Source: Piromyces finnis finn (Eukaryota; Fungi; Neocallimastigomycota). From it: a stretch of 64,000 nucleotides of DNA. Shown piece after piece: positions 52,138-64,000 of this stretch. Numbering within the stretch: the stretch's first letter is position 1; each line of letters opens with the position of its first letter. The notes below the pieces were generated by a model. That model saw nothing but the letters and a program-made list of their open reading frames with translations. It did no database searches and was not told where the DNA came from. The stretch covers positions 124,001 through 188,000 of the forward strand of contig MCFH01000042.1 in the NCBI GenBank assembly GCA_002104945.1, written 5' to 3'. Position numbers and translations under genes: made by a program.

Positions 52138-54006
52138 TGTGAAGATATTAACTGGATTTAAAACAAATTCAGATAATATCTATAATTAATTAAACATAAT
52201 AATTATAATTAAATAATTTCAATAATTATTTTAAAACACTTTTAAAAGTCACCTTTTAAATTTTGATTCAGTGAAAGGGTTATGATTTCAAAAATTTAAT
52301 ATCAATAAACTATAACCCTTAACCAAAAATAAGCAAGTACGAAATAAGGTGTAACTCGCCAAAAACGATCGCTACGGCTGTAAGTGCTACGGTGATGAAA
52401 CTAGGTTTATTGGAAAGCTTAGGAAGAAAGCTACAATTTGGTACAATCGCGGTCCTTCTAACTGATCATTTAAGGAAGTTATGATCATTTAAAGATTTTA
52501 TTAGGTAAATTAAAATCAATATGATATCAAGTATGGATCATAAATATTTCTTATGACTTGATGAAATTAAAAATATATCAATAGGAATTTTAGTTATATT
52601 AATTTAATTAATGATAACGATTGTGTAAAAGTATAAAATTTAAAACAGATTATAAAATTTTTTACAATAAAACAAAAACACAATAAAATAAAAAATTAAA
52701 AACAAAAACAAAATTTATTTATATTCTTTTTTCTTTTTTATTAGTTCTTATTTAGTTATTAACTAAATTATAGTCAATAACAATTACATCGTTTAACTAT
52801 GAAATTTTACATGTATTTATATTTTTTACAAATTATATTTTAATATACTATTCTATTTAATTATACATATATTCAATATAAAATAAACAAAACTAATTTA
52901 ATACTAATTTAATTAAATAATAAAATAATAAAACTAAACTAAAACTAATTAAATACACTTTTGATTCAATTTGAGTAAACTACAAATTGAATACAGTCCA
53001 TGTATTACCTATATATTAATTAAATATTAATAATACTATTTATTATATATTTACTATTAAAAAATACTAATTTAAAACTACGCTAAAGTTATTAAACTAT
53101 TTTTAATTAAATAAGAACTTTTTAAGATTTAATTTGAATACTTAAAATATTTAAATTTAATTATCCATTAATTTAAATATTTATCCAAATTTCATTTCCA
53201 ACTTTGATATTTTAAAATTAATCTTTATTTAATTATTCCTTAAAATTTATACAGTAAATTTTATAAATAATTTTTCATTAAAATATAAAAATTATTATTT
53301 AATAATTATTAATTAATTATTAAATAATTTAAAGATATATATTATATCTTTACAGATTGTTACTAAAAATAGAACTAGACCCATTTAGGTGTAACAGTTA
53401 ACACCTATAAATTAAATAATCTTAATTATTATAAAATAGGTTAACGGCAAGTTTTATTAGAAATAATTTTGAAAATAATAATTATTTAATTATAACAAAT
53501 ATGTTATGGTAATATCAATTAATAATGATGAATTATTAATTGAATAGTTTTTATAATTACTAATTAGGATCAACTGTTTAAATGATTAATCATATGTTTA
53601 TTTTATTTTATGTCATGACAAACAAACAAACAAACAAACAATCTTATTACTTATTTAATTATATTACTAATATATTACATGTAATACTTTATTCTTATTA
53701 ATATCAATTTAATAATCTGAACAAAGAATATAAAAGAGAATGAATTGAATTCGATTTTAATTCTTTGTAAAGATTATAGTTATAATCTTAATTATATAGT
53801 TACTTATAATATCATTTATATTATTATTATTAAATAAATAAAAAATTTATAAAAAAGTTATTTTAAAGTAAATATAAATTTTTCATTTTTCATTTGGGAG
53901 TTTAAGGTGTTATTTTATAATTAAATTTAATTTCTTAAAAAACATTTTTACTATATAATTAATAACATTCTGACCTGGCCGCATAACCAAACCCAAAAAC
54001 TTAACA
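52138..54006 (+). repeat. Family C solo LTR interrupted by an A-type solo LTR
   Basis: Near-identical to 30258-31375. TSD ACTCT at 52133-52137 and 54007-54011, inside the F integrase. Confidence 0.96.
52624..53354 (-). repeat. Family A-type solo LTR
   Basis: TGTAAAAG...TCTTTACA with TSD GATTG at 52619-52623 and 53355-53359. Confidence 0.95.
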
Positions 54007-56455
54007 ACTCTTTCTTAACAACACGCAATGGTCCGGTAAAGTATGGATCTAACTTTCTCCTATTGAATAACTTTATTAAAACTAAGTCCCCAGGTTTGTA
54101 ATTACTTTTCATTCTTTTAATTTGTTTGCGGCGATCTTCCCATAATTTATTCGCTGTTTCTATATTATTTATGGCTTCACGAATCCATTTATCGTGTGTG
54201 ATAAACTTGCGAAGCCAATATTCTTCATCTGATTCTTGTTCATTTCGTTTTTCTATATTGATTGATAATTCAAAAGGTTGTAAGTCTCTTCTACCATAAA
54301 GTAGTTCAAAACTACTATATTTAGTAACTTCATTCTTGCATGTTCTTAAATCCCAAAGAGCACTATAAAGTGTTTCATCCCAGTCGTCCGTATTTTCTCC
54401 TAATAGACGTAGATATTTCCCAATTTCTCTATTTCTATTTTCAACTTCACCGTTAGAAGCTGGGTGGTAAGTAGTAATGTATTGCACGTAAACATCATGA
54501 AGATACAAAAAAGCCTTTGTTTTGTCCGAAGTAAATTGAGGTCCATTATCCGTCACTAGAATTTCCGGAACTCCATGTCTAGCAAATACCCTTTTTAAGA
54601 AATTTATTACATCTTCCGACTCTGTAGAAGTTAATGGTTCAGCTTCTACCCACTTTGTTAAATAGTCTACTAATACAATTATATATTTATTATTATTTTT
54701 TGTTCTAGGAAGAAGCCCGATCAAATCTAAACCAACTCTGGAAAAAGGATATCCAGGAGGAGTAGCTATATCTTCTGAATTTTTATTTAATGTTTGTGGT
54801 CGACGTGTTTGACAACGGTAACAACATTTAATATAATTTATTACATCTTCTTTCATATGCTTCCAATAATAATATCTTTTTAACCTGTTATAGGTTTTGA
54901 AAGTACCTTCGTGACCAATATTATGCGCCTTCTCTATCAACAGAACTTGGGACTCTATATCCTCAATGATTTTCCTGAGATTTTCACCTTGCTCGTAATA
55001 TTTAATACCATCAATGTTAATTATTTTTTTATTGATATATTCCTCCATAAAATTATTAATATTTTGATTATTATTTCTATTATTATTGCATATAATATTA
55101 ACCACTTCATTACAATCCACATTATCTTCTGTATGTTCCAACTGTGACTTTGACTTTAATCTAGACAAAGCATCCGCAATAACATTTCTCTTCCCCTCTT
55201 CAAATCGAACTTCCACGTTAAGAATAGACAGTTCCATAACCCACTTGAGGTGGCGACTATTGGTAGGTTCCCTATTTCCGAAGATACCAACAAGAGGCTT
55301 ATGGTCCGTGATGACTGTGATAACCATTGAATTTCCAATAATAAATGGTTTGAATTTCTTCACGCAATGAAACACGGCTTTACCCTCTAAGTCCGTTATG
55401 CTGTAATTATTTTCCGCAGAAGATAAAGATCTACTTTCAAAATAAATTGGAACCTCGGTCTTACCATCTATACATTGTAATAAGACACCACCTAAACCAT
55501 CTCGGGAAGCATCGGTTCTAATGATAAATGGCTTAGAATAATCCGGAGTGGATAAAATAGGAGCCGAGATTAATCTACCTTTAAGATCTTCAAATGCTGA
55601 ATTACATTCTTCAGTCCAAACAAAAGGAACGTCTTTCTTCAAAAGGTTAAATAAAGGTTTTGCTATTTGAGCAAAGTTTTTAATAAATTTCCTATAGTAA
55701 CCTATGGCTCCCAGGAAAGATTTAACTTGAGTTACATTCTTTGGTGGTATCCAGTTAGAAATCACACTAATTTTACTAGGAATTGGAGAAATACCATTTA
55801 TGGTAAGTATACGACCTAATAATTCTACTTCAGTTTTAAAAAATGAACACTTCTCAATATTAATTCTTAAATTGTTATCTTTTAATATTTTAAATACTTT
55901 GGATAAGTCTTCTACATGGGATTCCATTGATTCAGAAAATACAATAAGATCATCAATATAGATAAACATGCAAGTGCCAATTAAATCAAAAAAAATCCTG
56001 TTCATTTCTCTTTGAAATGTAGCAGGGGCATTGCATAATCCAAAGGGCATCACCTTAAAATTGTAATTACCAAACATGGTAGTAAACGTAGTTTTTTCTC
56101 TATCATTCGGATGCATTGGGATTTGGTGATATCCAGAAAAAAGATCCAATGTAGTAAGTATTTTAGAATTTCTATTAATAAAATAAAAAATATCATCTAT
56201 CAATGGTAACGCGTAGGAATCTTTAATGGTAACATTATTTAAACGGCGATAGTCTACACACATGCGCCATTTATTATTCTTCTTAGGAACTAATACCACT
56301 GGCGACGACCAAGTAGAACTAGACGGTTCTATAAGCTTATTATTAATAAGCTTAGTTAATTCACTCTTCAAGGCTTCCGTTTGAGATTTTGATAACCTAT
56401 AAGCCCTCTGTTTAATTGGAAGTACATCCGGCTTCAATTCAATTTTATGAGGTAG
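54007..56455 (-). pseudogene. Element F RT-RH-INT
   Basis: LDLFSGYHQI, YIDDLIVF, IRTDASR, ITDHKPL and GLDLIG/TDNGPQF, highly similar to the E pol. Cut by solo LTRs on both sides. Confidence 0.93.
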
Positions 56456-57178
56456 TGTAAAGATATAAAGTATATCTTTAAATTATTTAATAATTAATTA
56501 ATAATTATTGAATAATAATTTTGATATTTTAATGAAAAATTGTTTATAAAATTTATTGTATAAATTTTATGGAATAATTAAATAAAGATTAATTTTAAAA
56601 TATCAAAGTTAGAAATGGAATTTGGATATATATTTAAATTAATGGATAATTAAATTTAAATATTTTAAATATTCAAATTAAATCTTAAAAATTTTTATTT
56701 AATTAAAATTAGTTTAATAACTTTAGCGTAGTTTGAAATTAGCATTTTTGATTATAAATATATAATAAATAGTATTATTAATATTTAATTAATATATAGG
56801 TAATACATGGACTGTATTCAATTTGCAGTTTACTCAAATTGAATCAAAAGTGTATTTAATTAGTTTTAGTTTAGTTTATTCATTTTATTATTTAATTAAA
56901 TTAGTATTAAATTAGTTTTGTTTATTTTATATTGAATATATGTATAATTAAATAGAATAGTGTATTAAAATAAAATTTACAAAAAATATAAATACATGTA
57001 AAATTTCTTGATTAAAACGATGTAATTGTTATTGACTATTATTTAGTTAATAACTAAATAAAATTAATAAAAAGAGATATTTTTAAATAGATTTTGTTTT
57101 TCTTGTTTCGTTTTATTTATTTCGTGTTTTATGTTTTATTGTAAAATTTTATAATCTGTTTTTTTATAAACTTTTACA
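56456..57178 (+). repeat. Family A solo LTR
   Basis: Reverse complement of the A LTR, near-identical. TSD GGTAG at 56451-56455 and 57179-57183. Confidence 0.96.
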
Positions 57179-57358
57179 GGTAGCAATAGGGATTGACCTA
57201 AATCATCAGTACTGTTAGCAATAACATTTTCAAATTCTGTAAACAAATCAAGAACTAACCTTTTATTTTCTTTTGGTATAGTATTTATAATTTCATTAAT
57301 ATAATTCCTTTTCATAACTAAAGTATTGTTTGTTTTATCGTTATCATTATTGACAGTC

Positions 57359-58110
57359 TGTAAAATATTAATCTTAAAACAGATTATATATTTAACAATA
57401 AAACAATTAAACACACGATAAAATAAAAATAGGAGTTTCTTTTTTTTTAAAAATTATCTTCTTTATTAATGGTTAGAAATAAAATAACAATTACATCGAT
57501 TCAATTGATAAAATTTACATGTATTTATATTTTTTCATAATTATATTCTAATATATTATTCTATTTAAATAAACATATATTTAATATAAAATAAACAAAA
57601 CTAATCTAATTAAATAATAAAATAATAAAACTAAACTAAAACTAATTCATTATACTTTTAATTTAATTTGAGTAAACTCAAAATTGAATAAAGCTCAGGT
57701 ATTATCTATAAATTAATTTAATATTATCAATACTATTCTTAATATATTTCCTATTGAAATATAAACACATCTATTTTTAAAACTCAGTTAAAATTATTAA
57801 ACTATTCTAAATTTAAATAAGAAAGTATATTATTATTAAACTATTCTAAAATTAAATAAAAAGTATTTAAAGTTATTATGAATATTTAAAATATTTGAAA
57901 TATTTAAATTTAATTAGGATTCTTTTGTTCCTTAAATTTAAATATTTATCTTTATTTAATTTTGACGGAATTATTATAAAATAATTTATTATTAAATTAT
58001 TCCATTGAATATTAAAAACTTCATAGTTAATTTTAATAAATATTAATTTATTATTTAATAATTAATAGTTAATTATTAAATAATCTAAAGATATATATTA
58101 TATCTTTACA
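57359..58110 (-). repeat. Diverged A-related solo LTR
   Basis: TGTAAAAT...TATCTTTACA with TSD CAGTC at 57354-57358 and 58111-58115. Confidence 0.92.
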
Positions 58111-59556
58111 CAGTCATAGTTAGCAAAATAGGATTCGAATCTTCAACAGGTTGGCTCATATTCTGAGTAACTACTGTGGGTTTAATATCATATAATAAAT
58201 CAGCCAATTTAAGGTAATTATTATTATTATCAATATAAAATAATGAATCAGTCACTAAATTTATATCAAATCTATTTCTTTTCAATGAATCAACACCAAT
58301 TAAAATATCAAATAAATCATCCTTATCAATAACCCTAAAGAAATCGGTAAAAGTTTTGTTTCCGATAGATATTTCCAACTCGTAAATATCCGTATCAATT
58401 GTTGAATTAGAATAGGCTTGAAAAATGGTTTCCGAAATTCTTCCGATAGCAGGTTTGTTAATATTATATTTGTTTAAAGCCGAGCGTGTAATTATATTCA
58501 CGCTAGCACAAGTGTCCAGAAAGATTTCACAATTAATATTTTCTACTTTACCTTGAAAATTTATTATTTTGTTTCTACTAATTACAGTCATTACATTGGT
58601 AATGGTCTTTTTAGGAGTTAATTTAAGCGCTTTTAAAAATTCCGTCCTAAACTTAGGGAATAGATCAAGAAGATAGGCTAATTTAGTCATAACCTCGGTG
58701 GATGCTACCTCTTTGACTAAGTCTTGAATATAATATTTTTCGAAGTCTTCCACAAGATTTATATGCCGCTCTTTAGATGTATCTTGTTCAGTAGATTTTT
58801 CTTGTTCTTTAGGTAAAGAATTTATATTCTTAATTTTCTCATTTATTTCTTTTAATTTTTCTCTTTTATTTTGTTTCTTAGCATTACTTATATTCTTTTC
58901 GGTAATAAAAGATGGATCCAGGTAATTTAATTTTTCTGTTTTATTCTTTTTCTTATTATTCTTTAATATTTTTATATTCTTATTCGGAGTAACATCTTCC
59001 TTTTTCTTATCCTTTTCATTAGGTATATTCGACTCCGATGATTCAGATATAGATCCCATGTTTTCTTCCATCAACATTTCTTCATCTGTAGGGTCATTTT
59101 CAGGTAATAAATCTTCATCATTTTTATTATTTTTATCATTTTTGGATATTTATTTTATTAAAGTTATTATAATCGGTAGTATTAGAATTACCAGTTACTT
59201 GTTCATTTTCATTCATATTAGGAAACTTCAACTCAGGTAACTTACTATTATGTAACATGGCATCTGTTATAATTGGCTTTGGATTATCCTTTAACTTTGG
59301 TTTATGAGTGGCATCAGTATAAGGCAAATTTTTATTTTTTTCTTTTCCTTTACGTACAGCTACCATTAAATTAGAAGGATCATCATTATCTTGATTTATA
59401 TTATAAGAAATTTTATCCTTTATTGAATTCACCTTTGGTATATACACATCCTTATTATTACTTAATAAAGAATCATCCACATTGAAATTATTATCATTAT
59501 TATCATTATCATTGTTATTGTTAGTATTGTTATTATTACTATTACTATTACTATTA

Positions 59557-59587
<31 letters not shown>

Positions 59588-59660
59588 TATTATTATAATT
59601 TCTATTAGTGTTTATTTTATTATAAACGTTATTATCATTGTTATTAGTAACAAGGGTCAT
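58106..59660 (-). pseudogene. Element F pol N-terminus and protease
   Basis: FLDTCASVNII protease motif, aligned with E. Frameshift near 59100. Confidence 0.88.
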
Positions 59661-59743
59661 TAAGTTATTATTATTATTATTTATATTTTGTTTATTATTA
59701 TTTAAATTGGTTTGATTAATGGAAGTTGTCCTTCTTCCACTAA

Positions 59744-60863
59744 TTAGTTTAAAGGCTTCTTTAACATTCCTTTCTTTTCCATTTCAAACAATTGTTCATA
59801 ACTATAAGGGCAATTATGCGACTTATGACCTAATTGATTACGCTTAAAGCAAGTTATATCTTTGTTTCCTCTAGAGAAAGAATTATTATTATTGTTGATA
59901 TTATTAGATTGATTAGTTCCATTTTGGTAATTATTGAATTTATTGGTATTTCTGTTATTAAAGTTTGAGTTTCCTGTTTCGTTATTATTAATATATGGAT
60001 TAGTTGAATTATTATATGATGAATTGTTTCCAACCATCATAACATTGGATTGTCCATATCTAGTATTGTGAATTAGATTATTATTTTTTTTATAATAATT
60101 ATTTCCATAATTTCCATTATTTCCATATCTTTTATAATTATAACCGTAACTGTTTTGATTCGGAGTATTATATGGATTTGGATTATAACTCATTGAATTA
60201 CCACCAGTATACGTTTGGGCTACTTGAAAGTTTCCATAAATCGGATGATTCAATAATGGGTTATTATAATTATTAATAGCGGATTGTGTGAATATTACAT
60301 TATGACCTGAATTCATATTTACTTGCATAGTTCCATTCATTATTTCTTTTTCAGTTTCTTCGGCAATTTCAGCCACTTTAAATGCATCTTCCAAAGTTTG
60401 GCATTGGGCTGTCATAACTCTTGAGCACGGGAAAACACGAGTATTAATTGAGTTGGTGTAGTCTTTAACAACAATTAATTTTTTATAATCTTCATTTAAG
60501 TTTTCATATAACTTCTTATTTAAAATTAAACTTTTTAATGGTTTCTTCATTATTAATTCTTAATGTTTTTAATATAGAACATTTGTCTGAGTCGGTTATT
60601 TTTAGGTGTTCTTCAATAGCCTTTTTTATTTCACTTAAAGTTGGATATATTAAAATTCCACTATTATCTTCTTTAACTAAAGTATCCAACATTCCCTGAA
60701 TATCTTCTTCAACGGCTTCCTTGGACCAAGTAAATATTCTCCTTGGTTCCACAATATCATGAAGATTCATGATTTTTTTAAAATCAGATATCCAGCTTTC
60801 GACATCTCTTCCATAATTTATAAGAAGAAGCAAAGCTCTCTGTAGTTTGATAGCATCAAACAT
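59744..60863 (-). pseudogene. Element F gag (frameshifted, knuckle mutated)
   Basis: MFDAIKLQR...YGRDVESW aligns with the E gag MFDATKVKR...YGKDIDSW. Frameshift near 60530, knuckle CFKRNQLGHKSHNC. Confidence 0.9.
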
Positions 60864-60945
60864 TCTTAAAATGATAAAAATTTTTTTTAATATATTCTTA
60901 TTTAAATCTTTTTATATTATTTTTATATTTGTTATTATTATGAAT

Positions 60946-60983
<38 letters not shown>

Positions 60984-62242
60984 GAATTAAATTGATAAAA
61001 ATTTATAATTATTTATAAAAAGATTACTTAAGAAAATTTATAAAGCAAGTGTTAAAATATATATAAAGATAATTAAACTTATAAAATTGGTATTAATATT
61101 ATTAATATTTCAAATTAATTAAATAAAGTATTATGAAACTATTATAATCCTTTTTCTTTATTATTTTCATATTATTTTAGTTTGCTTCGCCCGGATTCTT
61201 CACCAAAATTATGATACAATATTTTCATAAAGTACCACAAAATAATTTATTTATTTTAGGACAAAGCAAATAGGGAAATTTTAAAATAATATATTCTAAT
61301 AAAGAAGTTAATAATAACAATTTCAATACTTTTAATAAATAAAATTGAAAGAAAGAGACATGTAATTTATATAATGTCTTTGTTTTATCTTTAATCTTTA
61401 TTTATAATTAATGAATTAAAAGGTTTACAAGTAAAAGAATAAGAATAATTTATATTTAATAACAAATAATATAACCTGATAGAATTATTTAAACCCTTTA
61501 AATAATTCTCTTCCAAAATATTCTTAAACTAATTCTATCTTCAAAATCATTCCTTTTCTCTTATTTTTTTATACTATTTTTTATTATTTTTCCTATAACT
61601 CCGCTATATTATTATATTATAATTATTACTATTATTAACTATGTACGTTAATGTACATTGATGATTAATTCTACAATATTATATTATTATTATTTTCTAA
61701 CCTAAATTATTTTTTTCCTAGAGTTTATGCTAATTTCTTATTTTTATAGAGGTAACGTATCAATTTTGGTAAGGTTCTGTTAAATAATAGGGAATAATAA
61801 ATATTTGAATTTTAATACTTATTCTTATTTTTATTTTTCTGGTATATCGTTTTTATTAGAACTTCTCTTTTTATTTTATATAAATTTATTCATTTAAAGT
61901 TTAATATCAATTATCGATACTTTTAATTATTAATTTCGGAAATAAACAAAAAAAATACATTAAAATCTTAATAAATAAAAGATATTTTAATAACTAAACA
62001 ATAAAAATAATTAATAAGTTGTTTAATTTATAAAATAATATAGTTTAATAATTTAAAAATAAGTTTAATTTAGAATATAATATTAGTTCAATTTAATAAA
62101 AATAAAATTTAATTAAAATATTTACGCTTAGATAAATAATATTAATTTATTAATTAAAAATTTAGTTAACTTAAATATGATAATAATGATAAATGGTTAA
62201 GCTATTATAATAATAAAAACATTATATCATTATTCCTTATCA

Positions 62243-64000
62243 AGATGTCCCTCCTTTAAACTTGACCTAATAGGTAAAGTTATTCTCTAACTAAATTTTT
62301 AAAATAAACGTTCCTTTTTAACAATTCATTAGTATTAGGATCGGCTAAGGTTGCTGTATTGAATTGAATCTTTATAACTTTGAATGGTCCAATAAGATAT
62401 GGTTGTAGTTTATTTCGTGAAAAATTTCTAACATATACAAAATCTCCTTGTTTTATTTTTCTTGCTTCATTCATAGAATTTCTTTCTTTTCTCCTAGTTT
62501 CCCAATATTTGTTTGCATTTTTCACATTCAGGCTTCTCTTATCCATTTATAATGATTAATAATTTTTCTAATAATATTTCATCCTTAGATTTATTTGCTA
62601 TGACTTCATTCTTGATTAGCAATTCTATGGGTTGATGATCTCTTCTTCCGTACAGAAGTTCAAAACTAGAATGCTTCGTTACTGAATTGGTGGTAGTTCT
62701 AATGGCCCATAATGCAACTGGAAGAATCATATCCCAATCTTGGTTATTTTTGGCTAAAAGTCTCAAATATTTTCCAATTTCTTTGTTACGATTTTCCGTA
62801 AGACCGTTTGTTTCAGGGTGATACGTAGAAGAAAATCTGACATACACATCATATAAGTCTAAAAAGATCTTTGTGTAATCTGAAGTAAACTGTACTCCAT
62901 TATCTGTAGTAATTATTTCGGGTGCTCCATGTCTCGCGAAAACCTTCACTAAAAATTCAACCACGTCCTGTGAAGTTATTGATTGTATAGGCTCAGCCTC
63001 TACCCATTTAGTAAAATAATCCACTACCACTATTATATATTGGTTTTTCTTTTCGGTAATAGGTAAGGGTCCAATAATGTCTAATCCAAGGTGTGTAAAG
63101 GGTCCCTCTACTCTTGAAGCAAAACTTTCAGTTAGTTCCGGATTTTTCTGGCTTTTGTTCAATTTTCATGTGTGACATTTATTTACGAATCTCCTAACAT
63201 CCAATACCATATTCTTCCAATAGTAATCTTTTTTTATTCTTTGATATGTTTTTGAATATCCTTCGTGTCCAATGTTGTGTCCCTTAAAAATTATATTAAA
63301 TTTCTCATTCTCATCTCTTATAACTTTCCTCAAATCTTCCCCATCCTTGAAGTAAGTAATGCCTTCAATTTCCAAAAATTTCTCATTTATTAGGTCTCTT
63401 AATAGCTCTGTATTAATTTCTTTCTCATCAATGTCATTGGATCTCTGAGATGCATCATTAGTTATGCATACCTGTTTTTCTGGATCTTGATGTAGTCTAG
63501 ATAATGCATCCGCAATAACATTGTTTTTACCTTTATCGTATTCAATAATAATCCCTAGCATGCTAGCCATGAGGCACCATCTCATTTGTCTCATATTATG
63601 GGGCTTCTTGTTGTTAAATAAACCTAATAACGGTTTATGGTCTGTGTAAACTACTATAGGAATTTTATTTCCTGAAATATATGGTTTGAACTTTGATATA
63701 CAATAAAATAGTGCCGCTCCTTCCAGATCGGTTATTGAGTAATTGCGTTCAGCTTTACTCAAACTTCTACTAACATAATGAACAGGTAGTTCCTTCTCAC
63801 CATCCTCCTCTTTTTGAAGAAGAACCCCTCCAAGACCTTGATAAGAATCATCAGTTCTGATAATAAACGGTTTTGAAAAACAAGGGAATTTTAAAATCGG
63901 TGCGGTCATTAATTTGTTCTTAAGCAATGTAAAACTAGATTCCTGTTCCTGGGACCACACATATGGTGAATTTTTTTTAACAATCGGCACAATGGCTCCG
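62243..64000 (-). pseudogene. Element K: decayed Ty3/gypsy RH-INT ending in a PPT that abuts LTR 61212-62242
   Basis: FIIRTDDS, YTDHKPL, GLDIIGP/TDNGVQF and GPF. Stop at ~63164, frameshift at ~62540, PPT aaaggaggga at 62248-62257. Confidence 0.92.

Larger units (their letters stand above)
52123..62242 (-). mobile_element. Element F: decayed E-related Ty3/gypsy element, 3'-truncated, carrying three solo-LTR insertions (one with a nested fourth)
   Basis: LTR 61212-62242 (TGATAAG...TGTATCA) and PBS TGGTGAAGAATCCGGGCG at ~61188-61205. Gag 60863-59744, frameshift signal 59720-59753, PR 58106-59077 and RT-RH-INT 54007-56455. Confidence 0.92.

Overview
Extremely AT-rich eukaryotic DNA. The AT content, (AAT)n tracts, a CBM18/hevein fragment and the element types suggest an anaerobic gut fungus (Neocallimastigomycota), which is an inference. 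There is no intact cellular gene. The window is a retrotransposon nest. It holds a decayed Ty1/copia element (1-3729) and three full-length Tf1/sushi-like Ty3/gypsy elements with LTRs and 5-bp TSDs: A 4832-11682, C 30258-37769 and D 30209-43475. It also holds a second Ty3/gypsy group (E 43479-52082 full length; F, K and I partial) with a tRNA-Ala-like PBS in E and F and a -1 frameshift signal in E, F and I. About 15 solo or truncated LTRs are present, many with exact TSDs. Family letters are my own labels. TSDs resolve a nest: C inside the LTR of D, D at the terminus of the LTR of E, and E inside a probable LTR (G). Main observations: (i) A, C and D each have a different 11-12-nt PBS that is the exact reverse complement of a motif in their own LTR, consistent with tRNA-independent self-priming; (ii) E, F and I share a UUUAAAC + 7 nt + 6-bp hairpin frameshift signal with compensatory stem changes; (iii) E and F/K have PBS and PPT offset 5-7 nt from the LTR, and E has a 4-bp TSD. 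All alignments and counts were done by eye.
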